A stretch of 64,000 nucleotides of DNA. Origin: Mobula hypostoma (Eukaryota). The notes under the pieces are model-generated. The model saw only the letters and a list, made by a program, of their open reading frames with translations. It made no database searches and was not told the DNA's origin. Of the stretch, positions 38,701 to 50,700 are shown one piece after another; the first letter of the stretch is position 1; each line of letters opens with the position of its first letter. The translations under genes were made by a program, and so were the position numbers. The DNA is taken from contig NC_086100.1 of assembly GCF_963921235.1 (NCBI RefSeq), forward strand, positions 201,378,001 through 201,442,000, written 5' to 3'.

Positions 38701-41700
38701 AGCCCAATTGTCCAGAAACATGAAGGCCTCCCTCCTGCACCATCTCCTTAGCTACATGTTTAGCTGCATCATCATCCTATTTCTACCCTCACTGGCACGT
38801 GGCATGGGTAGGAATCCTGAGATTGCAACCCTGGAGGTCCTGTCCTTCAACTTTGCATCTAACTCCCTAAACTCTCTTTGCAGGATCTCCTCCTCCTTCC
38901 TGTCCATGTCATTGGTCCCTACATGGACCATGACATGTGGCTGCTCACCCTCCCTCATGAGAATACCGAGAACTCAATCTGAGATATCATGGACCCTGGC
39001 AGCAGGGAGGCAACAGACCATCTGGGATTCTCGATCTCTCCCACAGAACCTCTTATCTGTCCTCCTAACTATCGAATCCCCTATCACTACTGATCTCCTC
39101 TTTTCCCTCCTTCCCTTCAGAGCTGAGGGTCCAGTCTCGGTGCCAGAGACACGACCACTACAACTTGTCCCTGGTAAGTCGTCCCCACCAACAGTATCCA
39201 AAGCGGTATACTTATTGTTGATGGGAACGGCCTCAGGGGTGCTCTGCTCTTTCTGTCTATTCCCCTTCCCTCTCCTGATCGTCACCCAACTACCTGCCTC
39301 CTGACTTTTAGTGGTGACTATCTCCCTGAAACTCCTGTCTATTTCTGCCTCTGCCTCACGAATGATCCAAAGTTCATCCAGCTCCAACTCCAGTTCCCTA
39401 ACCCGGTTTGTCAGGAACTGCAGCTGGATGCACCTTTTATAGGTGTAGTCATCAGGGACAATTGTGCTGTCCCTGACTTCCCACATACTGCAAACAGAGC
39501 ACTCGACTACCCTAACTGCTGCCTCCATTACCTACTCCTAAGTTAATTAAACTAGTTAAAGGAACTTACCTGGCCTGACCTCACTGGGAGTGAAGCTCGT
39601 CCTCAGCCTCTGCTCGCCGAAGCCTCTCGAGCCAAAACCTCAAAGCTCCACTCCTACCCTGAGCCACTCACACACTGGCCGCTCCTCGCAATATAGTTAC
39701 AGTAGTTGGAGATCGAAACATCATGGAGGCAGAGTTTGTAAGACGAGTTAGAATGCATAAAGAAAAGTTATTGTCTTGTGATTTATCACAAGGTGACATT
39801 GCAAGGATGGGAAGACAAGAGACAGGACAGGGAGTGAGGCTAATAGTGGAATGGGATGGACTTACAGGATGGGCTTCCAGATAAGGGAGAAAGATATGTA
39901 TGGCATGTGTATGCAGTACAGGGAGGCAAGTTTATTAGTTGGTTATACATCACAAAGAGGGAGTTCTGTATTTTTTCAAGTGTCGTAAGGAAAGGTCTTT
40001 TGTGTTGTGGGATATGGGTTGTACGAGCAATTGGAAGGGGCACACAGTATTAGTATTTAAAACAAAGGTGATTTATTAAAATTGGAACCAGTCAAAGTTG
40101 ATCTGTCTGAGCACAAATTTGATACAGCTTTTCAAGTTCAAGTTCAATGTCATCTGACTGTAGAACCAAACAAAACAATGTTTCTCTGACAACACACATC
40201 AAATTTGCCGGTGAACGCAGCAGGCCATTCAGGGTCTCGGCCTGAAACGTCGACTGTACCTCTTCCTAGAGATGCTGCCTGGCCTGCTGCGTTCACCAGC
40301 AACTTTGATGTGTGTTGCTTGAATTTCCAGCATCTGCAGAATTCCTCATGTTAATGTTTCTCTGGACCACACTGCACCCACAAAACATATGACACACAGC
40401 AAAATGTAAACCAAAATATTACCATAAATAGGTTAATAAAATATAATTCAAAATGAATGCGACACAGGTAAACAGCTTACTATACGGTAAACAGATTACT
40501 ATACAGTAAACAGCTTACTGTCCTACTGACGAGACTTTGGTAGGGGCAAGGTATCATTAGTCTCACAAACTGAAGGAAGAAGATGTTAGTGAGTTTGGCA
40601 GTCCTGGTCCTGATACTCCTGTACCTCCTTCCTGATGATAGTGGGTCAAAGAGATTGTGGGATGGGTGGTAGGGAGCAATACTTCGGGCCCTTGATTGGC
40701 AACATCCCGGTAAATGTTACAAATGGGTGGAATTGAGAGCCCAGTGATCCTCTCAGCAGTTTCAACTATACTCTGTAGGGTCTTGCAGTCTGATGCCTTG
40801 CACCTTCTGTACTACACAATGATGCAGCCAGACAGGACACTCATTGGTGCTCCTGTAGAAAGTTGTTAGAATCGGGCAGGGAGCCTTGCACACCTCAAAT
40901 TCCTCAGAAAGTGTAGGTGCTGCTGTGCTTTCTTATCAGTGAGGAGGTGTTGTGGGTCCAGGTTAGGTCATCTGTTATGTGCACACCAAGGAACTTAGTG
41001 CTTTTCACTCTCTCTGCGACAGAACCATTGATATACAATGGAGAGTGGTTGTCCTGTGCCTTCCTGAAGTCCACAATGATCTCTTTTGTCCATGTTGAGA
41101 CTCAGGTTGTTCTCACACCATTTGACAAGCCGCTCTACCTCCTCTCTCTATATGCTGACTCATCATTGTTGTCAATGAGGCCAACTACTGTAGTATCATC
41201 AGCAAATTTGATAGAACATATAGAATAGTACAGCACAGTACAGGCCCTTCGGCCCATAATGTTGTGCTGACCCTCAAACCCTGCCTCCCATATAAGCCCC
41301 CACCTTAGATTCCTCCATATACCTGTCTTAGTAGTCTCTTAAACTTCAGTAGTGTATCTGCCTCCACCACTGACTCAGGCAGTGCATTCCACGCACCAAC
41401 CACTCTCTGAGTAAAAAACCTTTCTCTAATATCCCCCTTGAACTTCCCACCCCTTACCTTAAAGCCATGTCCTCTTGTATTGAGCAGTGGTGCCTTGGGG
41501 AAGAGGCGCTGGCTATCCACTCTATCTATTCCTCTTATTATCTTGTACACCTCTATCATGTCTCCTCTCATCCTCCTTCTCTCCAAAGAGTAAAGCCCTA
41601 GCTCCCTTAATCTCTGATCATAATGCATACTTTCTAAACCAGGCAGCATCCTGGTAAATCTCCTCTGTACCCTTTCCAATGCTTCCACATCCTTCCTATA

Positions 41701-44700
41701 GTGAGGTGACAGTACTCCAAGTGTGGCCTAACCAGAGTTTTATAGAGCTGCATCATTACATCGCGATTCTTAAACTCTATCCCTCAACTTATGAAAGCTA
41801 ACACCCCATAAGCTTTCTTAACTACCCTATCCACCTGTGAGGCAACTTTCAGGGATCTGCGGACATGTACCCTGAGATCCCTCTGCTCCTCCACACTACC
41901 AAGTATCCTGCCATTTACTTTGTACTCTGCCTTGGAGTTTGTCCTTCCAAAGTGTACCACCTCACACTTCTCCGGGTTGAACTCCATCTGCCACTTCTCA
42001 ACCCACTTCTGCATCCTATCAATGTCTCTCTGCCATCTTTGACAATCCTCTACACTATCTACAACACCACCAACCTTTGTGTCGTCTGCAAACTTGCCAA
42101 CCCACCCTTCTACCCCCACATCCAGGTCGTTAATAAAAATCACGAAAAGTAGGGGTCCCAGAACAGATCCTTGTGGGACACCACTAGTCACAATCCTCCA
42201 ATCTGAATGTACTTCCTCCACCACCACCCTCTGCCTTCTGCAGGCAAGCCAATTCTGAATCCACCTGGCCAAACTTCCCTGGATCCCATGCCTTCTAACT
42301 TTCTGAATAATCCTACCGTGTGGAACCTTGTCAAATGTCAGATCCATATAGATCACATCCACTGCACTACCCTCATCTATATGCCTGGTCACCTCCTCAA
42401 AGAACTCTATCAGGCTTGTTAGACACGATCTGCCCTTCACAAAGCCATGCTGACTGTCCCTGATCAGACCATGATTCTCTAAATGCCGATAGATCCTATC
42501 TCTAATAATCTTTTCCAACAGCTTTCCCACCACAGATGTAAGGCTCACTGATCTATAATTACCCGGACTATCCCTTCTACCTTTTTTGAACAAGGGAACA
42601 ACATTCACCTCCCTCCAATCCTCCGGTACCATTCCCGTGGACAACAAGGACATAAAGATCCTAGCCAGAGGCTCAGCAATCTCTTCTCTCGCCTCGTGGA
42701 GTAGCCTGGGGAATATTCCGTCAGGCCCCGGGGACTTATCTGTCCTAATGTATTTTAACAACTCCAATTCCTCCTCTCCCTTAATATCAACATGCTCCAG
42801 AACATCAACCTCACTCATATTGTCCACACCATCATCAAGTTCCCTCTCATTGGTGAATACCGAAGAGAAGTATTCATTGAGGACCTCGCTCACTTCCACA
42901 GCCTCCAGGCACATCTTCCCACCTTTACCTCTAATCGGTCCTACCTTCGCTCCTGTCATCCTTTTTTTCTTCACATAATTGAAGAATGCCTTGGGGTTTT
43001 CCTTTACCCTACTCACCAAGGCCTTCTCATGCCCCCTTATTGCTCTTCTCAGCCCCTTCTTAAGCTCCTTTCTTGCTTCCCTATATTCCTCAATAGACCC
43101 ATCTGATCCTTGCTTCCTAAACCTCATGTATGCTGCCTTCTTCCACCTGACTAGATTTTCCACCTCACTTGTCACCCATGGTTCCTTCACCCTACCATTC
43201 TTTATCTTCCTCACCAGGACAAACTTATCCCTTACATCCCGCAAGAGATCTCTAAACATCGACCACATGTCCATAGTACATTTCCCTGCAAAAACATCAT
43301 CCCAATTCACACCCGCAAGTTCTAGCCTTATAGCCTCATAATTTGCCTTTCCCCAATTAAAAATTTTCCGGTCCTCTTTGATTCTATCCTTTTCCATGAT
43401 AATGCTAAAGGCCAGGGAGCGGTGGTCACTGTCCCCAAGATGCTCACCCACTGAGAGATCTGTGACCTGACCCGGTTCATTACCTAGTACTAGATCTAGT
43501 ATGGCATTCCCCCTGGTCGGCCTGTCCACATACTGTGACAGGAATCCATCCTGGGCACACTTAACAAATTCTGCCCCATCTAAACCCTTGGAACTAATCA
43601 GGTGTCAATCAATATTAGGGAAGTTAAAGTCACCCATGATAACAACCCTGATATTTTTGCACCTTTCCAAAATCTGCCTCCCAATCTGCTCCTGTGTATC
43701 TCTGCTGCTACCAGGGGGCCTATAGAATACCCCCAGTAGAGTAACTGCTCCCTTCCTGTTCCTGACTTCCACCCATACTGACTCAAAAGAGGATCCTGCT
43801 ACATTACCCACCCTTTCTGTAGCTGTAATAGTATCCCTGACCAGTAATGCCACCCCTCCTCCCCTTTTTCCGCCCTCTCTATCCCTTTTGATGATGTGGT
43901 TTGAGCTGAATCTGGCAGTACGGTCATGAGTACATAGCCCTGGGGCATACTGGTGTTCAGTGTGATGGAGCTTGAGGTGTTGCCGCCAACTCAAACTGAC
44001 TGGAATTGTTCAATTAGAAGTTCAAGATCCAGTTACAGAGAGGAGTGGGGAATCCCAATGAGGACAGTTTACCCACCGGTCTCTGAGGGGTGATCATGCT
44101 AAATGCCAAGCTGAATTCAATTAACAGTATCCAGACATATGAGGCACCTTCTTCTAGGTAGGACAGGACAGAGTGGAGGGCCAGGGCTATGGCATCATCG
44201 GTGCACCTGTTTGAGCGGTAGGTGAATTAGAAAAGGTGCAGTGTAGCTGGAAGGTGGCATTCTATATGTACGATCCATTACCAGCCGCTCAAAGCACTTT
44301 ATGATTGTTGAAGTCAGTGCCACTGGGTGATAGTTGTTCAGGTCAGTTACCATTGCTCTCTTGGGCACCAGAATGAAGCCTTGAAGCCCGCAGTGATTGT
44401 GGACTATTTCAAAGAGGTGTTAAAGATATTTATTAATACAATTTTGTTAGCGGATCTGCACAGTACCTCAGCACCTGACCGGCTACTGTTTGTTGTCTGG
44501 CCCTGCAGCTTTGCCTGGGTTTACTCTGGCTAGGATCCTCCTCACCTTGGCTGCGAGATGGTACCTGTTCTTCAGGGCTCAGGGGGAGGGGAGTGCTTTC
44601 AATATCACATCGTTCAATGCATCAGATCATGAATAGAAGACATTCAGCCTATCAGGAAGAGATTTGTCACTGTGCAAGGTGGACTTGTAATCCATTATGG

Positions 44701-47700
44701 TCTGAATACTCCGCCACATGCGCCACCTGTCCCTGTTGTCACAGAGGTGTCTGTGAATTTTCTGTGCGTACTCACACTCTGCTTTCCTGATGGCACAGGA
44801 GAGTGTGGCTCTTGCTGAAGTTAGGGATGACCCCAATCTGAAAGCAGTGTCTCAACCCCTAAACTGTGCGCAAACCCACGCAGTCAGTTTAGAATATAGA
44901 ATGGTACAGGCACATCAGCCCACGGTTGTTCTCACCTTCTAACAAACTCCAAGGTCAATCTAACCTTTCCCTCATACAAAGCCCTCCATTTTTCTTTAGC
45001 CATGTGCTTATCCATGGTTCTCTTAAATGTCCCTAATGCATCTGCTTCTTCCACCACCCATGACTGTGCATTCCATACATCCATTACTCTGTGTAAAAAA
45101 TACCTACCTCTGACATCTCCCCTATACTTTCTTCTAATCACCATAAATGGCTCGTATTAGCCACTTCCACTCTGGGAAAAAGTCTCTGGTTGTCCACTCA
45201 ATCTATACCTCTTGTCATCTTTATATACCTCGATCGTCGCCTCTCATCCTCCTTCAATCCACAATCCCCATCCCAGTTCTTAGACCTCAGTACTCTTTCC
45301 CCCACAACAGATATTTATGTTGATAATTATTGCAGGAATCAGTGCTAGTGTCTATTGTTGTTTGTCATCTATGTCAACGATCTGGATGGTAATGTGGTTA
45401 ACTGGATCAGCAAATTTGTGGATGACACCAAGATTAGGGGTGCAGTGGACAGCGAGGAAGACTAACATGGCTTGCACCAACTGGAAGAATGGGCTGAAAA
45501 ATGGCAGATGGAATTTAATGCAGACGTGTACGAGATATTGCCCTTTGAAAGGACCAGCCAGGGTAGGTCTTACATAGTGAACAGTATGGCACTGAAGTGT
45601 ATAGTAGAACAAAGGGATCTGGGCATACAGATTCATAATCCATTGTAAGTGGCATCACAGGTCGATAGGTTCATAAGGAAAGCTTTTGGCACTTGGGCCT
45701 TCATAAATCAAAGTATAGGAGATTGGATGTTATGGTAAAGTTTTATAAGACATAATTTGGAGTATTATGTACAGTTTTGGTCAATTGCCTGCAGGAAAGA
45801 TGTAAACAAGGTTGAAAGATGCAGAGAAAATGTACAAGGATGTTGCGATGTCTGCAGGACCTGATTTATAATGAAGGATCGAATAGGTTAGGACTGTATT
45901 CTTTAGAACACAGAAGTTTGAGAGGGATTTGATACAGATATACAAAATTATGAGGGGTATAGGTCGGGTAAATGCAGGCAGGCTTTTTCCACTGAGGTTG
46001 GGTGGGACTACAACTAGATCATGGATTAAGGGGAACATGAGGGGAAAATTCTTCTATCAGAGGGCTGTGAGAGTGTGGAATGAGCTGCCAGCACAAGTGG
46101 TGCAGGGCAAGCTCAATTTCAATGTTTAAGAGATGTTTGGATAGGGGTATGAAGGGCTATGGCCCCTTGGCAGGTTGATGGGACTAGGTGGTTCAAATGG
46201 TTTGGAATGGACTAGATGGGCTGAAGGGCTTGTTTCTGTGCTGTACCTTACTATGACTCTAATTCCTGATATTTCCATCTCATTTCAGTTTTACAGACCA
46301 TTGTATCTTCGAATTGCACTAATTGGTGTTGAGGTGTGGACAACAGACCAGATTGTGGTGGACGACAATGCATTGACCACCATGAAACGATTCCTGACAT
46401 GGAGGAAAACAAACCTTCTACCAAGGTTGCATAATGACAATGCCCAGCTTATCACGTAAGCTACTGTTACTGAGATAACTCACTGGTGCAGAATGTGAAT
46501 TAGATCCCTTTACCTTCACAGATCCTACTAAGCCTGCTGAGTTCCCCCACCAGTTCAACATTTGCAGCTTATTTCCAACACTTCAAGGTGACATTTTACA
46601 TGATTATGCGGTTATCGTTAAATCTGATTGCTTTGTCTATTTAGAATCACTTCTGCAAACCTTTTTACTTCTCTCATGAGGCTTACGTTTTCATTTTATA
46701 TTCTTTTTTGTGCATTTTTCTGCTTGAAATGAGAAATGAGAAAGAGAAAAGGTATGACTACCTTAATGGGGCTATATTACAGACCAAGGAACAAATTTGT
46801 AAAGAGATAGCAGTCTGTGCAAGAAAGATAGTGTTGTTACAGTTGGTGATTTAAAATTTCCACATCTTGGCTGGGAATTGTCATGGTCCGGTCCGTGGAC
46901 TCCGGGTCTTCCAGCTGTCCCTTGTTTCAGTTGGGCTTAATCATAGGCACCTGACGCTCATCTTGGGGCTGGGAATATAAATGGCCCTGGTTTTGAGTGC
47001 TGTTGCTGGTTTGTCTTGTCAGTATCCTGTCCTTGCCTCTATGGGGGTAAGTCAGGCCATCTTTGGGGTTACCCTGAGGTTGGACTGTCCCTTCCCCTTC
47101 CCCTTCCCCTTCCCCTTCCCCTGCCCCTTCCCCTTGAAGCCTTGCCCCGCAACCGGTATTTAGTTCAACCACCGGAGTGAGACTGGAGCCTTGCTGTGTC
47201 AAGATAAGGAACTGTCTATCGTTGAGTTGGAAATTTCTCTGTGTCCATGCCTTCGCTAGGTAGGTCTGGCTGTTTGCCACTACCTAGTGTTGGGAACTGT
47301 CTCTGAGTCCACGCTCTCCCAAGGTAGGTCCAGCCATTTGTCACTACCTAGAGTTGGAAATTGTCTCGTCATGTTCAGCATTCTGTGTATGAGTCCTGGC
47401 CCTAAGTCCTGTTCCCAAGGAGGGGTCCCTGCTCTGTGTTCCATGTTCCTGTCTCTCAAGTCCAAGGCTCTGTGTTCCTGTGCTCTAGACTGACGCTCTG
47501 TCCTCCCCAAGACCAAGTCAAGGCTTCTGGCTTTGTGTTTCGAGGTTCCTGTCTCCCAAGACCACTTCATGTCTTTGCCTAGTTCCGGAGTCTAAGCCCT
47601 AGTCAAGACCCAGGTTCTGGGTCCTTGTCCAGTCTCTGGCTCGGAGTCCAAACCCAAGCTTCAAGGAACCCAAGCCATGTCCAGTCCTGTACCCACATTA

Positions 47701-50700
47701 TGTCCTCGCCTAGTTCCACGGTCCAAGCCTGAGCCAAGACCCAGGTTCTGGGTCCTTGTCCAGTCTCTGGCTCGGAGTCCAAGCCCAGGCTCCTAGTTCC
47801 CAGTTCCTAGTCCTGGTCCCGCTTGCCTTGCCAATATCCTAAGCCAAGTCTGTGTTCTTGTCCCAGCTCCTTGACTACATCCAGTCACGTCCCTAATTCT
47901 AGTCTCTAGTCCTGTTCTGTTCCTAGTACTTCAGTGTCTGTGTCTTGCATTTGGGTCCGCTACCAGCACCCCCACTATGACAGGAATTGAATACTGAAAA
48001 AGGACTGATAGAGTTTCTCAAATGTGTTCTGGAAAGTTTCCTTTGTCAGCATGTAGAAGAACTGATGACAGAGCATGCTATACTGGATCTGCTGTTAGGG
48101 AGTGAGACAGGGCAGGTGATAGAAGTTTGTGCAGGGGAACACTTTGCATCTAGTGATGACAATGCCATAAGTTACAAAGTAAATATACCAAGAGAAAGAT
48201 CTGGTCCATGGGTTGAGCTTCTAATAGAGCTTTGGCCAGTGACCAATCCAGACTTTGGAAATTTCGAGAGGAAAGGACTTCAATCAGGTCCACTACCCAA
48301 GGGTAGAATCAGCACCAGGTCGCAGCAGCATAATAGAGCTTTGACCAGAGGCCAATCGGTGTCTCGGATTGATTAGTAAGAGCAAATTAAAGGAAGCCAG
48401 GAGCGATAACAGTGGCTGTCATCTGTGTGGGCATAGTCATAGTGGTGATCTTAAGGTTTTTTGAGGGTTCTCCGCTTTATATCTGCTCAGGACAGTAGAG
48501 ATGCCAGGCAGGATAGTTGAATGCTCCTTTTGCGGGATGTGGAGAGACAGGGAGATCTCCAGCATCCCTGGCAACTACAACTGAGAAGTGCATCCAGCTG
48601 CAGCTTCTAACAAACCTGTTAAGGAATTGTAGGTGGAACTGGGTGAACTCTGGATCATTCAGGATGCTGAAGGGTTAGAACATACAAAGAGGTAGTTAAA
48701 CCCAAGGTGCTGGACACAGGAAACTGGGTGACAGTCAGGAAGGGGAAAGGGGTTAAGGAGCCAGTGCAGAGTAGTCCTGTGTCCATCTCCTTCAAAAGCA
48801 GGTATATCACGTTGGATATTGTCAGAAGGGGACGACCAAACAGAGGAAAGTCACAGTGGTTGGATCTCTGCCGCTGAGTCTGCCTCTGTGACTTAGAAGG
48901 GAGGGGGAGAAGAGGCATGCTGTGCTGATAGGAGATACATTAGTCAGGGGAACAGAAAGGAGAATCTGTGGACAAGAATGAGATTTCCGGATTGTACTTT
49001 GCTTCCCGGGTGCCAGGGTCTGGGATATCTCAGATCGAGTCTTCAGCGTTCCTCAGTGGGAGGGTGAACAGCCAGAGGTTGTGGTCCATGTAGGTACCAA
49101 TACCATGGGTAGGACAGGTGACGAGCTTCTGCATGTTCAGGGAGATGAGCGCAAAGTTAAAGGGCAGGACCTCCAGGGTTCTGATCTCAGGATTTCTACC
49201 TATACATAGGAACATGGAAACATAGAAAACGTACAGCACAATACAGGCCCTTCGGCCAACAAAGCTGTGCCGAATATGTCCCTACCTTAGAACTACCTAG
49301 GCTTTACCCATAGCCCTCTATTTCTCTAAGCTCCATGTAGCCATTCAGGAGTCTCTTAAAAGACTCTATCGTTTCTGCCTCCACTACCACTGCTGGCAAC
49401 CCATTCACACACTCAGCACTCTCTGCATACAAAAACTTGCCCCTGACATCTCCTCTGTACCTACTTCCAAGCACCTTAAGACTATGCCCTCTCGTGCTAG
49501 CCATTTCAGCCCTGGGGAAAAGCCTCTGACTATCCACACGATCAATGCCTCTCATTATCTTGTACACCTCTATCAGGTCACCTCTCATCCTCCATCACTC
49601 CAAGGAGAAAAGGCTTAGTGAGAATTATATAGTTTAATACTTGGCTAAAGAGTTGGTGTAGGAAGGAGGGTATAAGATTTTTCGATTATTGGGCTCCCTT
49701 CCAGGGAAGGGACAGCTTGCACCTGAACCCGAGTGGGAAGGTTTGTTAATGCTGCACGGTGGGGTTTAAACTAGAGTTGCAGGGGAATGGGAATCTGAAT
49801 GCTAGAATATTTAGTGGAGAGATTGTGGAGGCAGATGTTGGTAAGACCTCAGATAAAGTTGGAAGTCAAAAGGTTGAGTGCAAATACTGTCCTGAGCTGC
49901 ATATATTTCCATGCAGTAAGTATCGTAGGAAAAGCTTGTATTACTGCTGAAGATGAGGGAGCTGGTTTATAGAGGCAATGCGTAGTGAGGAAAGACTGTT
50001 GGTAAGACAAAAGTGCAGTCAGCAGCGTGAGTTGCAATGTAAAAGGTGGACAGTGTCGAAAAGGGTGAATAAAGGACTAAAGGTGTTGTATTTGAATGCA
50101 TGCATTTATGGAATAAAGTAGATGAACTTGCACCACAGTGGCAGGTTGGCAGGTATGATGTTGTAGGCATCACTGAATGATGGCTGAAAGAAAATTATAG
50201 TTGGGAGCTTAATGTCTAAGGATACACATTATATTGAAATAATAGGTAGGAAGGCAAAGGGGGGCGACCTGGATCTGTGTGTAAAAAATCAAATCAGGTC
50301 ATTAGAAAGAGGTTACAAAGGGTCAGAAGGTGTTGATTTATTGTGGATAGAGCTAAGGAACTGCAAGGGTAAAAAGACCCTTTTCGAAATCATTGATATA
50401 CAGCAAAAAACAGAAGCGGCCCCAACAGCAACCCCGATCCTTTTATTCCCACTCACTGTCTCCTACCACTCAGCCAATGCTCTAACCATGTTAGTAACTT
50501 TCCTGTAATACTGTGGGCTCCTAACTTGGTAAGCAGCCTCATGTGTGGCATGTTGTCAAAAGCCTTCTATAAGTCCAAATTGATAACATCCACTGCATCC
50601 CCTTTATCTATCCTACTTGTAATCTTCTCAAAGAATTCCAGCAGGTTTGTCAGGCAAGATTTCCCTTGAGGAAACCATGCTGACTTTCTCCTATCTTGTC

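Larger units (their letters stand above)
40130..44840 (-). mobile_element. Decayed Rex1/Babar-like LINE split by the CR1 at 41213-43886
   Basis: [12 protein letters not shown] and THD...[10 protein letters not shown] motifs join across the CR1; [14 protein letters not shown]...[10 protein letters not shown] at 44627..44836. Confidence 0.72.

Noticed and set aside
41784..43529. 581-aa ORF as a host gene
   Set aside because: It is CR1 ORF2 within a TSD-flanked, 5'-truncated insertion.
47088..47136. (cccctt)n run giving a GE-repeat ORF
   Set aside because: Simple microsatellite inside a solo LTR.
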